Below are positions 1 to 14,590 of a stretch of 64,000 nucleotides of DNA, one piece after another (the stretch's first letter is position 1; every line of letters starts with the position of its first letter). The position numbers and the translations under genes were made by a program. Under the pieces are notes generated by a model, which was not told where the DNA came from, searched no databases, and saw nothing but the letters and a program-made list of their open reading frames with translations. The DNA lies in assembly GCF_009914755.1 (NCBI RefSeq), contig NC_060929.1; one strand, 5' to 3'. This stretch comes from the human T2T-CHM13v2.0 reference genome, Homo sapiens.

Positions 1-3000
1 ATCCATGGCATTAAGGAGTGAGCACTGGTCTAGAGGTCAATACATTTTAGCCTAATTCCATTCTGACCTTTGGCAAGAACCTCACCTCTCTGGGCCCCGT
101 TTCCTCACGGGGAAATTAGCAGGTTACACTAGCTTGTTTAGAGGATCTTTGCCAACTCTAATATGCTGTGCTATTGTTTATAAGATGAGGTGTAACAGAG
201 AGATGTCCAAACGAAATCAAGAAGACATGACTTGAAGTCCCTGCATTTGCCATTTACCAACTCATTAAATCTCTCTGAGCCTTGGTTTCTTTCATCTGTT
301 AAGGTTCATTCCAGTTCTAAATTCTACGATTTTATGACATTGCTTATTGAGTCTGGAAATATCACAAACATAAGGTCTCAGAAATTACCTTTAAGATTTT
401 CGTACTGCACAGATTGTACCACATTAACAACCCAATTTGATCGTCAACTGCCAGCATTTTTGTACAAATGGTTTATCTGCACAACTGTGCAGGGGCGAGA
501 AGATGCGTATTTTGCAAATACCATTTAGTAGTGGTGGTTTTACTTTCCCCATCATAACTGAGTTTTAAATCACCATTAATATTTAGCATCAATTACCACC
601 ACACGCTTTTGTTTTCATGAGGTTAAACACCATGTCAAGTTGATAAATTCTATATTTTTAACACTGTGGATTGCCTGTTCTCTAGGATGGTGCTATTGGC
701 AAGTAGCCAGACAAACACAGATTGGTGCCTTCATACAATTGGCCCTAAGAAAATTGCATGCCTGTTGATGTGCTTTTGGAGTCTGCATCTTGCAGTAGGT
801 TCCACTTTAGGGTTTAAACAATTCAGATCCTTCCTCCTCCAGAAAATAAATTGTCTCTTTTTTCTTGTATCAGCTTGAGTCTGGCTAGGCTGATGTCTGA
901 GATGTGCACTGAGCAAAGAATGGCTGTTTTTAAAGGAATATTGGTAAAATGCAGAGGGAGCTTACATTGTTTTAGGGTGTGACTTTGTGCTCATTATTTT
1001 CCATTCTATCTTACTGGCTTTCCTCTGAAAGCCAGAAACAGAAGCATTGGCTGCCAAAGATGGTTTTAATCCTTGTCTGGCAGCTGCCAAAGTCAAAGAA
1101 GGAGGGAGAGATGGAAAGTAACATTTATTGAGCATCTCTTGTATTGCCAGATGGTTTAACTCATTCAGTGCTCATGAGGTTACATCAGACATGACAGAAT
1201 GCAGGGACCTGGACAATGCACTCAGTACTCTGATTTTCTCCATCTCTCAGTTCTGCTTTTTCCTACTTGATTTCTTCTCAACAGGCTCTCTCCATAGGGT
1301 GGCAAGGCCACCACCAGCAAATCTACTCTTACATTCACCAAGTTTAGTAAGCCCAGAGATGGAGAACCTTCCCATGCCTGTATTAGCAACCCCAAGGAAG
1401 ATTCACATTGGCCTTGCTGCATCACATGTTGATGATGGAATCAATCACTCTGCCAGGTCAGGCAAGCCTGTTCAGGAGTCAGGGTATGAGGCACAGACGG
1501 GGGGAGCCCCTTTGTGGAGTGGAGGAGGAGTTTGTTCAAGGAACTAAAGGAAGAGGGTGGCAACCCTTCTTAGACAAAAATTCTTACCATACTCCACGGC
1601 AATGGACTACTTAAGAATACTGTTGGTTTGAGTTGTCAGTTTGAATGTCTTCTCTGGTAGAACTGAATCAAGAACCCAAAAATAAAGTTAAGGGTAGTTT
1701 ACCAAGTCTCATTGGACATATACATTAACATATATTTGTCAGACAAGCTACATAAATCTGTCTTTTTTTTCATCTTTCAATGACTCTTGCTGTGCAGTAG
1801 TGGCAGTTAGGTTTCTCTTGGATATGTATGCAGTCATCTAGATTTAAAGGCATATGGTCTGCCTTGGATCACTTACAGATTGCAAGATGGCTCTGAAGCC
1901 AAACTTGCTGCTTATTTCATGCCCTGCACATTTAATTACTGCTTGATGTGAATGAAGTGTTTTATCTGAAGATATGCGCCACTGAAATTTTAGCTAGGTA
2001 GAATCGTAAAACAGTTTTCAGCAGATTGAGGCAATCTTAGAGGGAACTTTGTAAAGAAAGTTTGCTTGAAGTAGCTCACCGTAGGTCACAAATGTTCTGA
2101 GTTAGTTTGATCATTGCTAGATAGGACAACGAGTACAAGTGTTCCTAGTTTCCTAATTTCCTGGAAAACTCTAGGGATAAGACAAAATTCTTCTACTGAG
2201 GTTAAACAAATGGTAAATTGTTGATCATTATTCAGGTGACTTCTGGAAGAAAGGTAGGGCATTTTCCAAAGGCACTTGTTTCTTTTGATTACACTTACCT
2301 GGTGCAAACAAATTTCTCTGCAATACAAGTTTTTTTAGTTTTTCTCTTTGGCTTACCTGCTATGTCTTCATGTCAGTTAAATCAATTCTCTAGCTGGTCA
2401 CGACAGCTAGTACTAGCCAGGGCTAGGGCAGTAACAATAACCTAGAAGCCTGTATAGCCTGGTATTTAAGCACATAGACAAAGAGCTCAAAAGTTCAGGT
2501 TGCTCTATCTCATGGGTTTCTGTAGCAATTTCCAATTATGCAAATGTGAATGTCGGGAAATAGGTAGGCTTGTGGTGAGGATTGAACTAAATAATGCTAG
2601 TAAATTACCCAGCATATGTCCTTTATCCAAGGTGACTGCTGTGTTGTAATCAATCCAAGGCTACTGTCCATGCACGTTCTTCACACTGAAGCATGTGGGA
2701 TGGTGGGAGGCTATAGTAGTTATTAGCCACATCTGGCTCCAAGTGATCCTTTGTTTTTTCCTTCCCTACTGCCTTCCCTTCTGTGCTAAGTAACTTGGAT
2801 AAAATGTTAAAACAATGATCAAAACTCTAATCTCAAGAGATGGAATGGATGAAGAAAGTAATTTTACTGACTTCTTTAAATTCTTCCAAAGCATGGCATG
2901 CTCTCTCACCTTTCTGAGTCTTCCTACAGACTCTTCCTTAATTCAGAAACACTTTCCCTCTTTTTTGTTAATGAGGCTTCTCACAGTCAAGGCCCTAGTT

Positions 3001-3393
3001 TACATTTTCCCTCTCCAGAAAGCCTTGCCTCACCTCTGCCCCAAAGTCGGGGTTAGGTGTCCCATAAAAAACTAGTAGGTTTTTTATGCCTCCTACTAGT
3101 TGAACCTCTCTTACCAAAGGAGTGTTCTCACTGGAGCCTGGCTTGGCAGGACTATGAGCTCCAAAAGGGGTGGAAATCATGCATACCTCATTGATCCTTA
3201 TTGATCATTGTTGATCATCACCCCCAGCACCTAGCACCATGCCTGGCTCAGAGCAGGCACTCAATAAATATCCTTCCTTGGAAATATATGTGAGATCCTT
3301 TTCTGAGGGGCTCAAGGATCATTTGCTTTGTTGTATTTACTCAGTTATCTGTTTCCTAGAACAACAATGCTGTTATGGTGGAAATGTCACATA

Positions 3394-3538
3394 GCTCTGC
3401 TGGCAGTAGAGTAGCCACTAGCCATGTGGCACTGTTGAGTGGTTGGAATGTGGCTAGTACAACTGAGGGGTTACATTAATTTAATTTAATTTAATAACCA
3501 TATGTGGCACTAGTGGCTGTCATATCAGCCAGCACAGT
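3394..3538. mobile_element. MER3-like hAT MITE fragment
   Basis: gtagccactagccatgtggc...aatgtggctagt...taaccatatgtggc.ctagtggct. Confidence 0.65.
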
Positions 3539-3744
3539 TCAAGGGCCAGAGGTTTAATTTTTTTTTTCAGGAGCCATAACTCTAGGAACTTTCGTGTTTT
3601 CAAGGAAATAGAATTGCCACAAAATCCAGAAGTTTGTCAGTAATACTCATGTAGTTAATGTTTGGAACTGGGTTCCCAAATGACACGTATATCATGTCAC
3701 TTGTTGGGTGATGCTGAGCATCTCAGTTTTAGGCAATGGAGGGC

Positions 3745-3965
3745 AGTGCCTTGATTAGCATGTCTGCTCTGACACCTTCTGGTATGTGCCCTTAACATTT
3801 TGTGTCTCAGTTTTTCAAGTATAAAATGGAGCTGATAATAGTTTGTATCTCAAATAATTGTGTTAAATGGGAGTGTGTGTGTGTGTGTGTGTGTGTGTGT
3901 CTATGTGTGTGTGATAAAGTACTTAGTACAGTGCCTGGTATGTAGTATGCTCTCAAACATGCTAA
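3745..3965 (+). mobile_element. MIR containing (GT)n
   Basis: tgtctcagttt...taaaatgg core and aaagtacttagtacagtgcctgg end. Confidence 0.65.
3873..3912. repeat. (GT)n microsatellite
   Basis: Seen directly; one interruption. Confidence 0.95.
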
Positions 3966-6900
3966 TTGCCATGATTAATCATTCCATTCTTCCATGTTTC
4001 TTCATCAGCATGGCATTTGGATACATGTGCATACATCCCAGTATACCCAGTAAATATGCTTCACAAGTTTTGGTCAGGCAAAATGAAGGTGAATGTGAAT
4101 GTAAAGTACTATGAAAAGGTCAACAGATAGGTGTAATAGACTATTAAACTGGACCATTATTAGGGAAGGTAACTCATTTTACAAAGATAAAGTATCTTGA
4201 AATGTTATTTTTAAAAGGCAACCATATTTGAAATGGGAAGTAGAGTTCCTGCTTGCAGGAAGGCTTTGCTGCACACATTTCTATACCTCTTTTCTCTTTG
4301 TGTCACCTGTCCAGGATGCTCTTTTGCCATCCTTTCAATAGGCAAAATGTTTAGGGGGCAGCTGCCCTGTGCCAAGCACCACAGGGACTGATATGGGCTG
4401 AAGCAAGGAGTCTAAAATCAACCTTTGAATTTTACTATTCAAATCAATATGCTGTACAAAGTGTGTGTTCTTTGTTGCTCCAAAGCCCCATCAGGAAACT
4501 GTGCGAGCCAGGGAGGGAGATTGGGAGACGGTTCCCAGAATCAGTAGCTGATTTGCAAGCCTGAGGAGTTTGCATGAAAGGCAGCAGTAAAAGTCAGTCA
4601 TCAGCTCTGATATATATAGTGAGAGGGAGGAAAGAAAGAAGAGAAAGCTGTGAAATGTTATTAGGAAGTCAGGTAAATAGAGAGCTACTCAATATAACTC
4701 ATACCTTACTACCTGTTTTTCATTTTTTTTAATGTGTGATGTGTATGTGGGATCTGTTTTTAGAAATGGAAGCAAGAAAGTATCCTCTCTCTGATCAATG
4801 GTATAAAGTAAGTTACTATTTTTTGAAATACAAAATTGAAATGATCTAAACAAATTCAGGCAGATGAGATCTAAAAAGCAATATGAGGTTTTCTCTTCCC
4901 TTTTTGTATGTCAGAAATTGGGGAATCATACTGCCTATTCCCAATACAAAGTGTTGCATATTTTGCAAGTTTAGATACATTTTTAAAGTATTTTATAAAA
5001 TGTATTTGTATAGTGAGAAGATAGAAGAAATAAAGCAATTCTCACATGATATTAGAAGAGTATCTAATGGTTTGCATATAAGTAACAATACAATATCGTA
5101 CAAACAGAAAGCATTGATTTTATTGTGAATACAAATAAAGAAATAGCAGTAGCAGTGAGGAACAAACACTGAAAACTATTGGAAATACTGAAATGCCACA
5201 GAATTAGGGAGTTTTAATGTCCCCTGATGAATTGTCACTATTGTAGATTCAGTATTATTTGGCTATGTAGCTTGTTTCTGTAACTCTGATTTATTATTAT
5301 CCTGGGAAGATTAGATCATGATGCTTGGAATTCTAATTGACCCTCAAGCTCGGAGATTAATTCCTATACAACCTAGCATCTGGGAGGTAGGACAAGCGTT
5401 TGGGGGGAGAATAGCTCAAATATGCAGTAAAGTGAAAAACATATCTACGCATACCCCTTCTTTAAAAGTCTTCTTGGGTGTTTGTAAAAGCGTAAGTCCT
5501 AGCACTAAAACTACCCCTTGGATTAGAATTAGGACGCTTTAGGAGGGCTTATTAAAGCATTCATCTTTGTGAGGCCACTGTGTTTCTACTGCACTGAGTT
5601 CACTAAACCAGAAGCAATCACAGAATATGAGAGACTGAACAGCAGCTCTCCTCTCCCTCCCCTTATTTTTTAGGTTAGAAAACTGGAGTCCCAGAGATTG
5701 ATGGCCTTGCCCAGGCTGCACACTGGTCAGAAGTAAGGCTGATTCTAAAGTGGCACCTTTCAAGCCTCATCCAGTGCTCCTCACCACAGCATGCTCCCTG
5801 GCAGTCCATGGTACCTAGCACCTAATCCAATGCCTGGCACATAGTAGGCTCACAATAAATGTCTATGGACTGACTGAATGGCCTAAGAGCCTTACTATTT
5901 TTATAAATGATTTTAAAAAAGCACCAAACAAATCTGGTTTTAGGAGAGGCTAGCCAGTTGTTAACAAGGTCATTATGAACACGAAGAGAAGTTACTGAAT
6001 AACATAAACAGAAGGAAAGAATTCAGCTGTAGCCTATACTAAAAACGCTGAAACTTATGGTAAGGGGCTGAAAAAGCTGGTAAAACTGTGACTGTGTCAA
6101 AAGGGATAAAACATCCTTGGCTATGATGGAAAAAATGTGGTGTGAAATTCCTTTGCTTTCTGCTGCTATTTAAACAGCAGGTGAATGTTCAGAATGCTTC
6201 TTTTAGAGAAAACAGTGAAATTTTGACATCAAAAGGTCTTGAGATAACCATAGTAATGAGAATGACCACTGGGGGAAGAGCATCCCTTTTTGAAAGTACT
6301 GATTTAGGATACAGCTATTTTGAGCATTTTTATTCAAAAAAATGGAAATTTTGCTTACTTTCCATTTATCTTGTTCTTAGTCTGCAAAGCAGAGGCATGA
6401 TTGATCTTAAAATGTCAATCTCTCACCTAAAGAGAGGAAGAAAAGATTTATTTAAAGAATAAAATGTCATAGGGGTTCTTAGGGGAAAAGCTCCGGGCTT
6501 GGATTTTCTCTTGACAGCCAGGCTTCTAGGTGAGCTACTCTCCCTTTCCCTCCATCTCATAGTAGCTCCCCAGATAGCTCTGAGCGAGACATCCAGGCTG
6601 GCAAATGTTCCCTTGTTTTAGTTTCCTTTTAGGCAGCTCATCTACCTGAGCACTGGTTAGTTTCAGTAAAGAGTTCTTGATACTGAAAGAAAAAAGTCCT
6701 CAGTATTTTGACTTTGAGGAGTTGATAAAATCATGCTCCTGGAGACACTCATCCCAATGAAAATGTGTCCACTAGGCTGTTGTCTTTGGATTAGTCCTGG
6801 AGGATTTGGGAGGCAGCTGAATTCCACGATTTGGAGAACTTACCTCAGTACAGTTTAATGTATAAGTAGGTACAGAAAATATGAACGGTTTATCAGAAGG

Positions 6901-8322
6901 TCCCAAGAACTCTCAGCGTCTAGATGCAGTCTGCACACTGCAGGTTTAATAAACGCACTATGCAGTATTTTCAGCATCTACAGCAGGGCCCACCTGGCAC
7001 GTAATTAGGCATTTGAGAATCATTTGTTAAAATAATTCAGTGTTAAAATAAGAGAAAATCTCCCACTGGCTAAGGTATGAGCATAAATGTATATTGTTTA
7101 TGAAAGTTTTAGCTGTTATTTTATGACCCTGTGAATTAAAAAACAAAACAAATAAAACATGAATTTAAAGACGCCTTGAGGTGTTGTGTAAATTGGTCCC
7201 CTGTTTGAAAAAGAATCTTACTCAAATCACCCTAGATAAATGGGATCTATTCTAAAGATCTTCAGATGGAGAATAGCTGTATATAAAAGTCCACTGACTG
7301 GTGCCTTGGTTTTCTTCGTATAAGGGTGCATAATCCTTGTTCTTCAGGTTTTCTGTGCTTTTCTATGGTGGGCAGGATTTATGGGGTTTGTTGCCAATGC
7401 TTTGGACTAGCTGGAGGGACCGCTCATCCTCCTGACAAATAAGGTTAAAAACTCAACCTCTATCTTCACAGTCTTTACAGAGGAGCAAAAGGCAGAGAGG
7501 AGATTCCCCATAGTCGGAGAAAACTGGACTAAAGAAGAATCACTCTACGTAAGCGAATCTGTGGTCTTCTCTCTCACTCAGAGACCTCAGGGGAGCATGA
7601 GAAATGAGTCAGTCTCTCTGAGGACCCACCAAGCTGCCAGAGCTAAACAAGAGTCTTGTTTGAACTCTGAAGGGGAGAAGGGACAGAAGGCATGGATGAG
7701 AACACAGCTGCAGTTGACTTCCGTGAAACCATCTGGAGAGCATGGCCCAAGAAAGAGAAAAGGGCACGGGGACCAAATTAAGAATGTTCTTAGTTAATTT
7801 TCTAAAGAATGAGTCCACTGAAAAACCACCCACTCCTGGGTTCCTGATAATGCAAACTTCATTCATTTGTTTATTCATTCAACAAATGGAGTAGCTCCGA
7901 CCAATATTATGGATTGGCTTGGAAAATACCTCTGGCTTCTTGGCAGAGAATCAAGCAAGAAACTTACATGTGATTTTGGTCTATTCTAAATAACTTCTCT
8001 AGGTTACATACTTACACGCTGATGGTTCACACATAAGGAGGACAAAAGGAATGCTACCAAAACAAAAATCACCCCTCAAAATTATTTAAAAGGCAGAAGA
8101 TTTTAAATTGAAGAAATATCTTTAGCATCAAGTCAGGGTATGAATGTACCAGAAAGGCTTTGTTTTAGCAAATTTACTTCCCAAAGGGCAGAATAATATA
8201 TATGAAATGAAAAATGCACAGGCCTTTTGTTCTTTAATGACCTTGGGGGAATATTCTAATTTATCAGGAATCTGCCAAGAAAACAGTTTACCTCTTCAGT
8301 TGTCTCATTTTGTGTTTCTGAA

Positions 8323-8625
8323 TTTTTTTTTTTTTTTTTTTTTTAGCCAGGGTCTCAATCTGTTGTCCAGGATGGAGTGCAGTGGTGCAATCATGGCTCA
8401 CTGTAGCCTCGACCTCCTGGGATCAAGTGATCCTCCCACTATCAGCCTCCTGAGTTGCTGGGACTACAGCTATGTGCCACCATACCCAGCAAATTTTTGT
8501 ATTTTTTGTAGAGACGAGGTCTCACCATGTTGCCCAGGCTGGTCTTGAACTCCTGAGCTCAAGTAATTTGCCCATTTCAGCCTCTCAAAGTCTGGGATTA
8601 TAGGTGTGAGCCACTGTGCCCTGCC
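8323..8625 (-). mobile_element. AluJ, full length
   Basis: Poly-T followed by both Alu arms with J-type text (cactgtagcctcgacctcctggg). TSD TGTTTCTGAATTTTT at ~8313 and ~8628. Confidence 0.92.
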
Positions 8626-10426
8626 CATGTTTCTGAATTTTTAATACATTTTATTAATTCTTGCTGATCTGTGAAACACTAAGAAAAGTAAATTGTTTTA
8701 TAATTTTGTCTCTTAATATCCTCCAAAAAATTAATTCTATTGCTTTTTCTTTGCATACTTCTTGGATACTATTTTCCTCCCTTTGTGTCAGTGACTTATC
8801 ACAGGAAGAAAAAAAAAATGTTCCCCATCCATTCCTTACTTGGTATCTATAGGGCTGTAAGCGAAGACATTGGCTTTATCTACAAACTGCTGCAGTCAGA
8901 TTGTTATGGAAATAGGAATTAATTATTGTAGAAGCAGTATAATGATCTTCTTTGGAATCAGAGAATTAAAACCAGGATTCAAAGCAATACCCGTAAGGGA
9001 AAGTGGTTGGGGTTTATATCGGAATCATGGGGGTATATTATATTAAGGTTAAAGAGGGAGGATGAGATGGAAAGACAGAAAATCTCGCCACAGCATGTGG
9101 AAGTTTCTCCTTAGGAGAGCCTTGTGGCTCATTGTGCCTGTCAAGTAGGCTAATGTGCCTGTAAATTTCCTCTGACAGAAAACACATCACAGCAGCAGCA
9201 CCAGAAAACAACACAACCAAACTGTGGAAGACTGAAAACCCAGTGCTTTCAAGGGTGATCAGAATATGCCAGAGTAAAAAACAAAAACAAAAACCAAAAA
9301 AAAAGCAAGGCATTGAAAATAAACAAAAGCTAGGGAGAAATGAGATCACCTTCCAAGAAATAAGCATTTATCATTCATTCATAGGCGAAAGGAAATGCTT
9401 CTCCCACAGTCATTTTTTAATGTATTATTGGGCAGTCTCAGTTCAAGGTCAAAAATGTCAGAGGGCAAAAGGAATAGGACTCAAGATTTAATGCTGTATT
9501 TATCATAACTGGCTTTGTAATTGCATAAATATTAAATATGTAGAACTAATTGCAAGCACATTATCTCCATATCTCCACACATTGCTTTAATTTTTAATGT
9601 AATCTTTTATCTGCCTTTTCCTCAGCTGGCTGTGGGTTTGTAATTTGCATAGCTAGAATGATCCGGTGCCATCAATTTAGTAATGAAGTCACTCATTGAG
9701 CAGAAGAGTTTTCTAAAGATTATACAAAGCTGTAGGAAAGAAAAGAACAGAAATGAAATTTTATGTTTCAAATAAATGGGAAGTTTATTTTAGAACATAT
9801 TTTCCATTGTAAATTTAATGCAACCACTTCATAACAAATTTGGAAAACAGAGAAGATTGGGAAAAAGCACCCATATTTCATCATCCTAACTTATCAGTGT
9901 TTTGTGGTCTTTTATACCTAGGCACATATATTTTTAACATCGATGTAATCATAATTATGTGTGTGTATATGTGTGTAATTTTACATCCTATTTTTTGTAT
10001 TATTACTATGGTTTTCATAACTATAACTTTTATGACTATAAAATACTAATAAAAAGAGGTGTCTATAATTTTCTCACTTACTAAATTTCTTGTGGCTAGC
10101 CGAGCAGAGGGGTGGAATCAGATGGATTAAATTTCAGCTCTGCTATTGAACTGTGTGGATTTGGGCAAGTTAGTAAAAAGCTGGGCGTTAGTCTTCTCAT
10201 CTACAAAATGAGGATAGTGATAGTGCTTTTATTAGAGTGTTCTTGTTAGAGTTAAAGGAAGTAATCCAGCATTTAGCCTGGCTCTGTCATATAATAGGTA
10301 CTAAAACTAAGTATTAGTAAAGGCAAAAATGTCAAATACATTACATTGGGTTTCAAAACTTAGGAAAAAAAACTTAAGTCCTACAAAACTGAATTTCCTG
10401 GGATATTTCCATCACCCCCTTTAGAA

Positions 10427-10563
10427 TTTTTTTAAAAATTTCTATTTAAAGATGGGGTCTTGCTCTGTTTCTCAAGCTGGACTCAAATTTTTGGGCTCCA
10501 GTGATTCTCCTGCCTCAGCCTCCCATGCAGCTGGGACTATAGGCATGCATCAGTGAGCCCTGC
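10427..10563 (-). mobile_element. FLAM / free left Alu monomer
   Basis: Single ~135-bp diverged Alu monomer (gatggggtcttgct...tcctgcctcagcctccca...gctgggactataggc). Confidence 0.75.
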
Positions 10564-11377
10564 TTGCCCTCACCCTTGAAGTTCCCATGTGCCCTTTCCC
10601 AGTCACAACTCCTTTCTTCCACCGCGAACTAGACATTGATGCTTAGTGCTTTGTTGCTTTCCTTTATGCTTTACATGTAAGTATGCTTCTCTAAAGATAC
10701 AGCTTATTCCCTGTTATTGAACTTGATATAAGTGGAGTCACACACACACACATGCACACACACACACATCATTCTGTATTTAGATAGCATGCAATCTAAG
10801 GCTTGGTTTTGTGATGAAAAAGCTTTAGACGTGGAACCAGAGAACTGGGCTTCTAGTCTAGTCTCCTTGAGACCTCAGGCAAATCTTTTTACCTTTCTCC
10901 ATGTAAAATGTTTGGATGTTCTAAGTGTCTTTGAAGCTTTAGAGTACAGAGTTGTTAAGCCTTTCCTATTTGAGTATTGTGTGGCATATGAAAATCAGAG
11001 TCAAAGAGAATCCATAGAAAGGCCTAGTCTGGCTGGAAATAGACCTCCTCTTCCCCCAAATTAGGCCAATTGTAGTGACAGCAAACAAAGGCTTGTAGAA
11101 AAATGAAAGTGATGATCCTACATCACAAATAATTTTCTCATCTCTGATAAGTGCACATTTAGACATATTATTAGCCCTAATTATACTGTACATAGAGGAT
11201 ATTTTCCCCAGGATAAATCATAGCCATAAAGATTGTAATTTCAAGAGTTCAGAGTTCAAATAAGTAATCATATATTAGATAATATAGGTTTTTCTGGAAA
11301 GAGACAGTTTTAAACATTTTATTCCATTCTCTCTGTAGATGTATTTGTATTTCTACAAATACTGCCTATGGTAAGTA

Positions 11378-11929
11378 CTGCAGGCTGGCTCACTCACTGT
11401 CCATTCTCCTCTCTTCTTATGGTGGCTTTTGTACTTCAGAGGCTGGAAAATTAAAACATTTCCTAGACTTCTTTGCACGTAGAGCTATGATATGAATTAG
11501 GTCTACAATTCGATACACTCATGCAAAACTTAAGAGAAAAGAAGTTAAGGCATCCTCCTGACCACTTTTGGTGGCATTTCTCTTAGAATTAAGGTCATAG
11601 AAACATTTTTCTGCAGCAGTGTTCCATGGTCCATTATTCAGCCTCCTGGAAGACAATATGCAGCAGAGGCCGTTGACAGCAGTAGGTTTTTGACTCCATC
11701 TTCTGTCATAGGGTTATGTTCTTGAACTCAGTGTTCCAGTAGTCTTCAGAGGTACTAGCTTCACTGATAGGTCACTTGGTATTATACGGGGAATCACTTT
11801 TGGAAGCTTGGTCTACAGCCCATTTCTTCAATCCTGACATGGATTTTTGTAAGCATCCTCTATTAAATAACTTCTTGCTTAAAATACCTAGAATGATTAC
11901 TAATTTTTACACTTAATCTGAGCAATACA
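11378..11929 (+). mobile_element. LTR33-like ERV-L solo LTR
   Basis: cagaggctggaaaa...catttcctagacttctttgca; ends aataa...cttgcttaaaatacctagaatg...aataca. Confidence 0.6.
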
Positions 11930-12825
11930 CTTCCTAAATGTTATTTTCAAAAATCTATTCGTTGTAATACGAGGTATAAAGTATCATAATTCTATAGAAT
12001 GCTGCATCAAAAGAGGAGTTTTGAAACCAGAAAAACGAAGCTATACCATTTAGTAGCTAACTATTCTAAAGCAAGTTATTTAACTTCTCTGTATCTAAGT
12101 TTCTTTATATGTAAAATAGATGTTAATATAATAGTCTTGCAGAGTTATGATAATTAAATGAGGCAACATAAATAAAGCACTGAGCATAGATGCATTATAT
12201 GGTGTTCATTTCTTTCTATCCCTATATTGGACTTCCTTTCGTGATCGAGATGATTAGTAAAATAATTTGGGGGAGAAATTATCTTTAAAGCGTTTTTTAT
12301 TAAAGAAACGCTCACTTTATAGGAATATAAAGATTTAGTGCTGACTCACAAAGACAAAAGGAATAGCTTTAAATGCAGCTCAAAAGCAAACAGACATCTA
12401 TTACGAGCCAGGGCAACTCATAATGGGCACCACCAATCCACATCAACTGGTAGCTCAGGACCAAGATTAGTATTCACTCATTCAACAAATATTTATTAGG
12501 CCTCAATATTGCTAGACACTATTTTACTCACTAAGATACAATGTTGAATCACAAGGTCTCTGACTTGTAGCAGCTTGCATTCTATTGGGAGGATAGACAT
12601 AAAATAAGTCAATACATAATTTCAAATAGTGAGAAGGGTTATAAAGAATAAAGTCCTTCTCCAGCTCTCCTTCCCTTACCTTCTTATGTCTCTCTCAGCA
12701 GTGTATTATGCTACTTGACTCATCCTCTCTTGCAGCTTCCTTTCATGGGAAGAAAGGCACAGGGAGGTAAAGGCTATGCCAACAATATGAAGAGTCTCTG
12801 AGGTAGGTGGGTAATTTCAAGATCT

Positions 12826-13246
12826 GTAAAAGGTCGAGGGGTCACTACTGTTTCGTGGATGTCAGTGGAAAACACAAGACACCCTGATTAGAGACAAAGG
12901 AAGATGTTAAAGAGACAGGAAGATGTTGAGCCTGATGTCGGTGCTAGTTTCTCATGTCCCCCAGATCCCACAGGGTCTGAGGGAAAGGGTCCAGGTGGAT
13001 GCAACATACACAGTGGATTTGTCACAGCAAAGGAATATTGAGCTTGAGGAATTTACTGCTTTACAGTGTGTGGTAAGTCAGTCTGCTCATTGTTTGGGAG
13101 AAGACATTACTCTGTTGCTCAAGGCTGCTCCCTGCAAACACAACCCTGAGAGGACACAAGTAAATAATGGTCAGGGCCTTGCATTCTTAGCATACCCAGA
13201 AAGAATGTGTAAGGATGCTCAGGGCTTTGACAGACTGATTCTCACA
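12826..13246 (-). mobile_element. MER54/MER74-type ERV-L LTR
   Basis: ctcaaggctgctccctgcaaacacaaccctgaga and gtcagggccttgcattctt match recalled group consensus; TG...CA ends. Confidence 0.55.
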
Positions 13247-14417
13247 ATAGGTTGAGTGGAGAAAAGGATTAAACCCGCATTCATTTATAGTTTTATGCAA
13301 CCACAATTATAAAATTTTCTCAAGTTTTTAGGCTTTAGAACTTTGTCCTACTCCTTTCCAATTTGTCCCCCTTAGATATGATCTATTTAGGCCTTTGAGG
13401 AGCTCAGACAGACTTAGAGTATCAGTTGACAGAAAAGATAGATTTTCCTATTGTTAGCAAATATAAGCTGAGGCTCTTGTGCACATACAGACTTATCACC
13501 AGAAGCATGGGGCTAGACCTCATGCCTTCCAGAAACCTCACCCCAAGCACTCCTTCGAGACCTTTCCTATTCAAAATTACATTGAGTGCTCACTTTAACT
13601 TAATCTTCACTGCAAAAATGTATATCAGTGGGTAGGAAAAATGACAGATATCTATGATATGCTCCCAACCTGGAGCATTCCTTGGGTGGCCGTTGTTCTT
13701 GCATCCTGGTAGAAGGGGTTCTTCCTGGATTATGCTCACAGTACACTTTCATTGAGCTCTCAAGCCATAGATCGATGACAAGGGAGAAAATGGTGAACTT
13801 GCTCCATGAGAAATCAATGCTCTCCAATTATCCACATGGACTTCCTTCTCCATGTCCCATAGCAGCTGTTTCCAATGTTCTCTCCCCTACTCACCTCTCA
13901 ATTGCACCCATCTTTCCCTTTCCCAGAGTAAATGGAAGTATCTGGTGAATGCTCTCCCAATATGTCACTACCTGTGGCAATCATACAGCAAGGCTGAAAG
14001 ATCACTGTTACTACCCCAATATAATATGTTGGAAAATGGAGGCTTAGAGATATTATGTAACTTTCCCAAAGTCACAAAAGCTTTATGTACTGGAGAAGCA
14101 ATCAAATTTGAACCTTTATGATATGGGTTCTGCCCTCATGTACCTTCCCTTCCCTCTATTTTCAGTGTTCCTACAAAAAGCTCTAGCCTCCTGAGCCCCA
14201 GAAACATGTACACTATAGAGAATGTTTGCTTTCACTTTTGCTAGAAAATTTTCTCATAGCATAAGGATTAAATCTGTAGCAATTTGTTTCCCTAATGACA
14301 GAGATAATTGCTCTGATCCAAAGGGAGGATAAAATTTCTCATATCTTTCCCAAATGAAAAGATTGTATCCCAGGATAGGCACCTAGGTTTGTTCTGAAGG
14401 TCCTGGGGAAACCAGAA

Positions 14418-14473
<56 letters not shown>

Positions 14474-14590
14474 ATCTATCTATCTTTCTATCTGTCATCT
14501 ATGTCATCTCATCTATTTATCCATCCTATGTATTTATCATCTAATTTATCTGTATATCTCTATCATCAATTTATCAATTATCTATCAATC
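14418..14590. repeat. (TCTG)n(TCTA)n tetranucleotide STR with degenerate extension
   Basis: Pure TCTA run at ~14432-14472, then degenerate ATCT repeats abutting the L1M tail. Confidence 0.92.
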
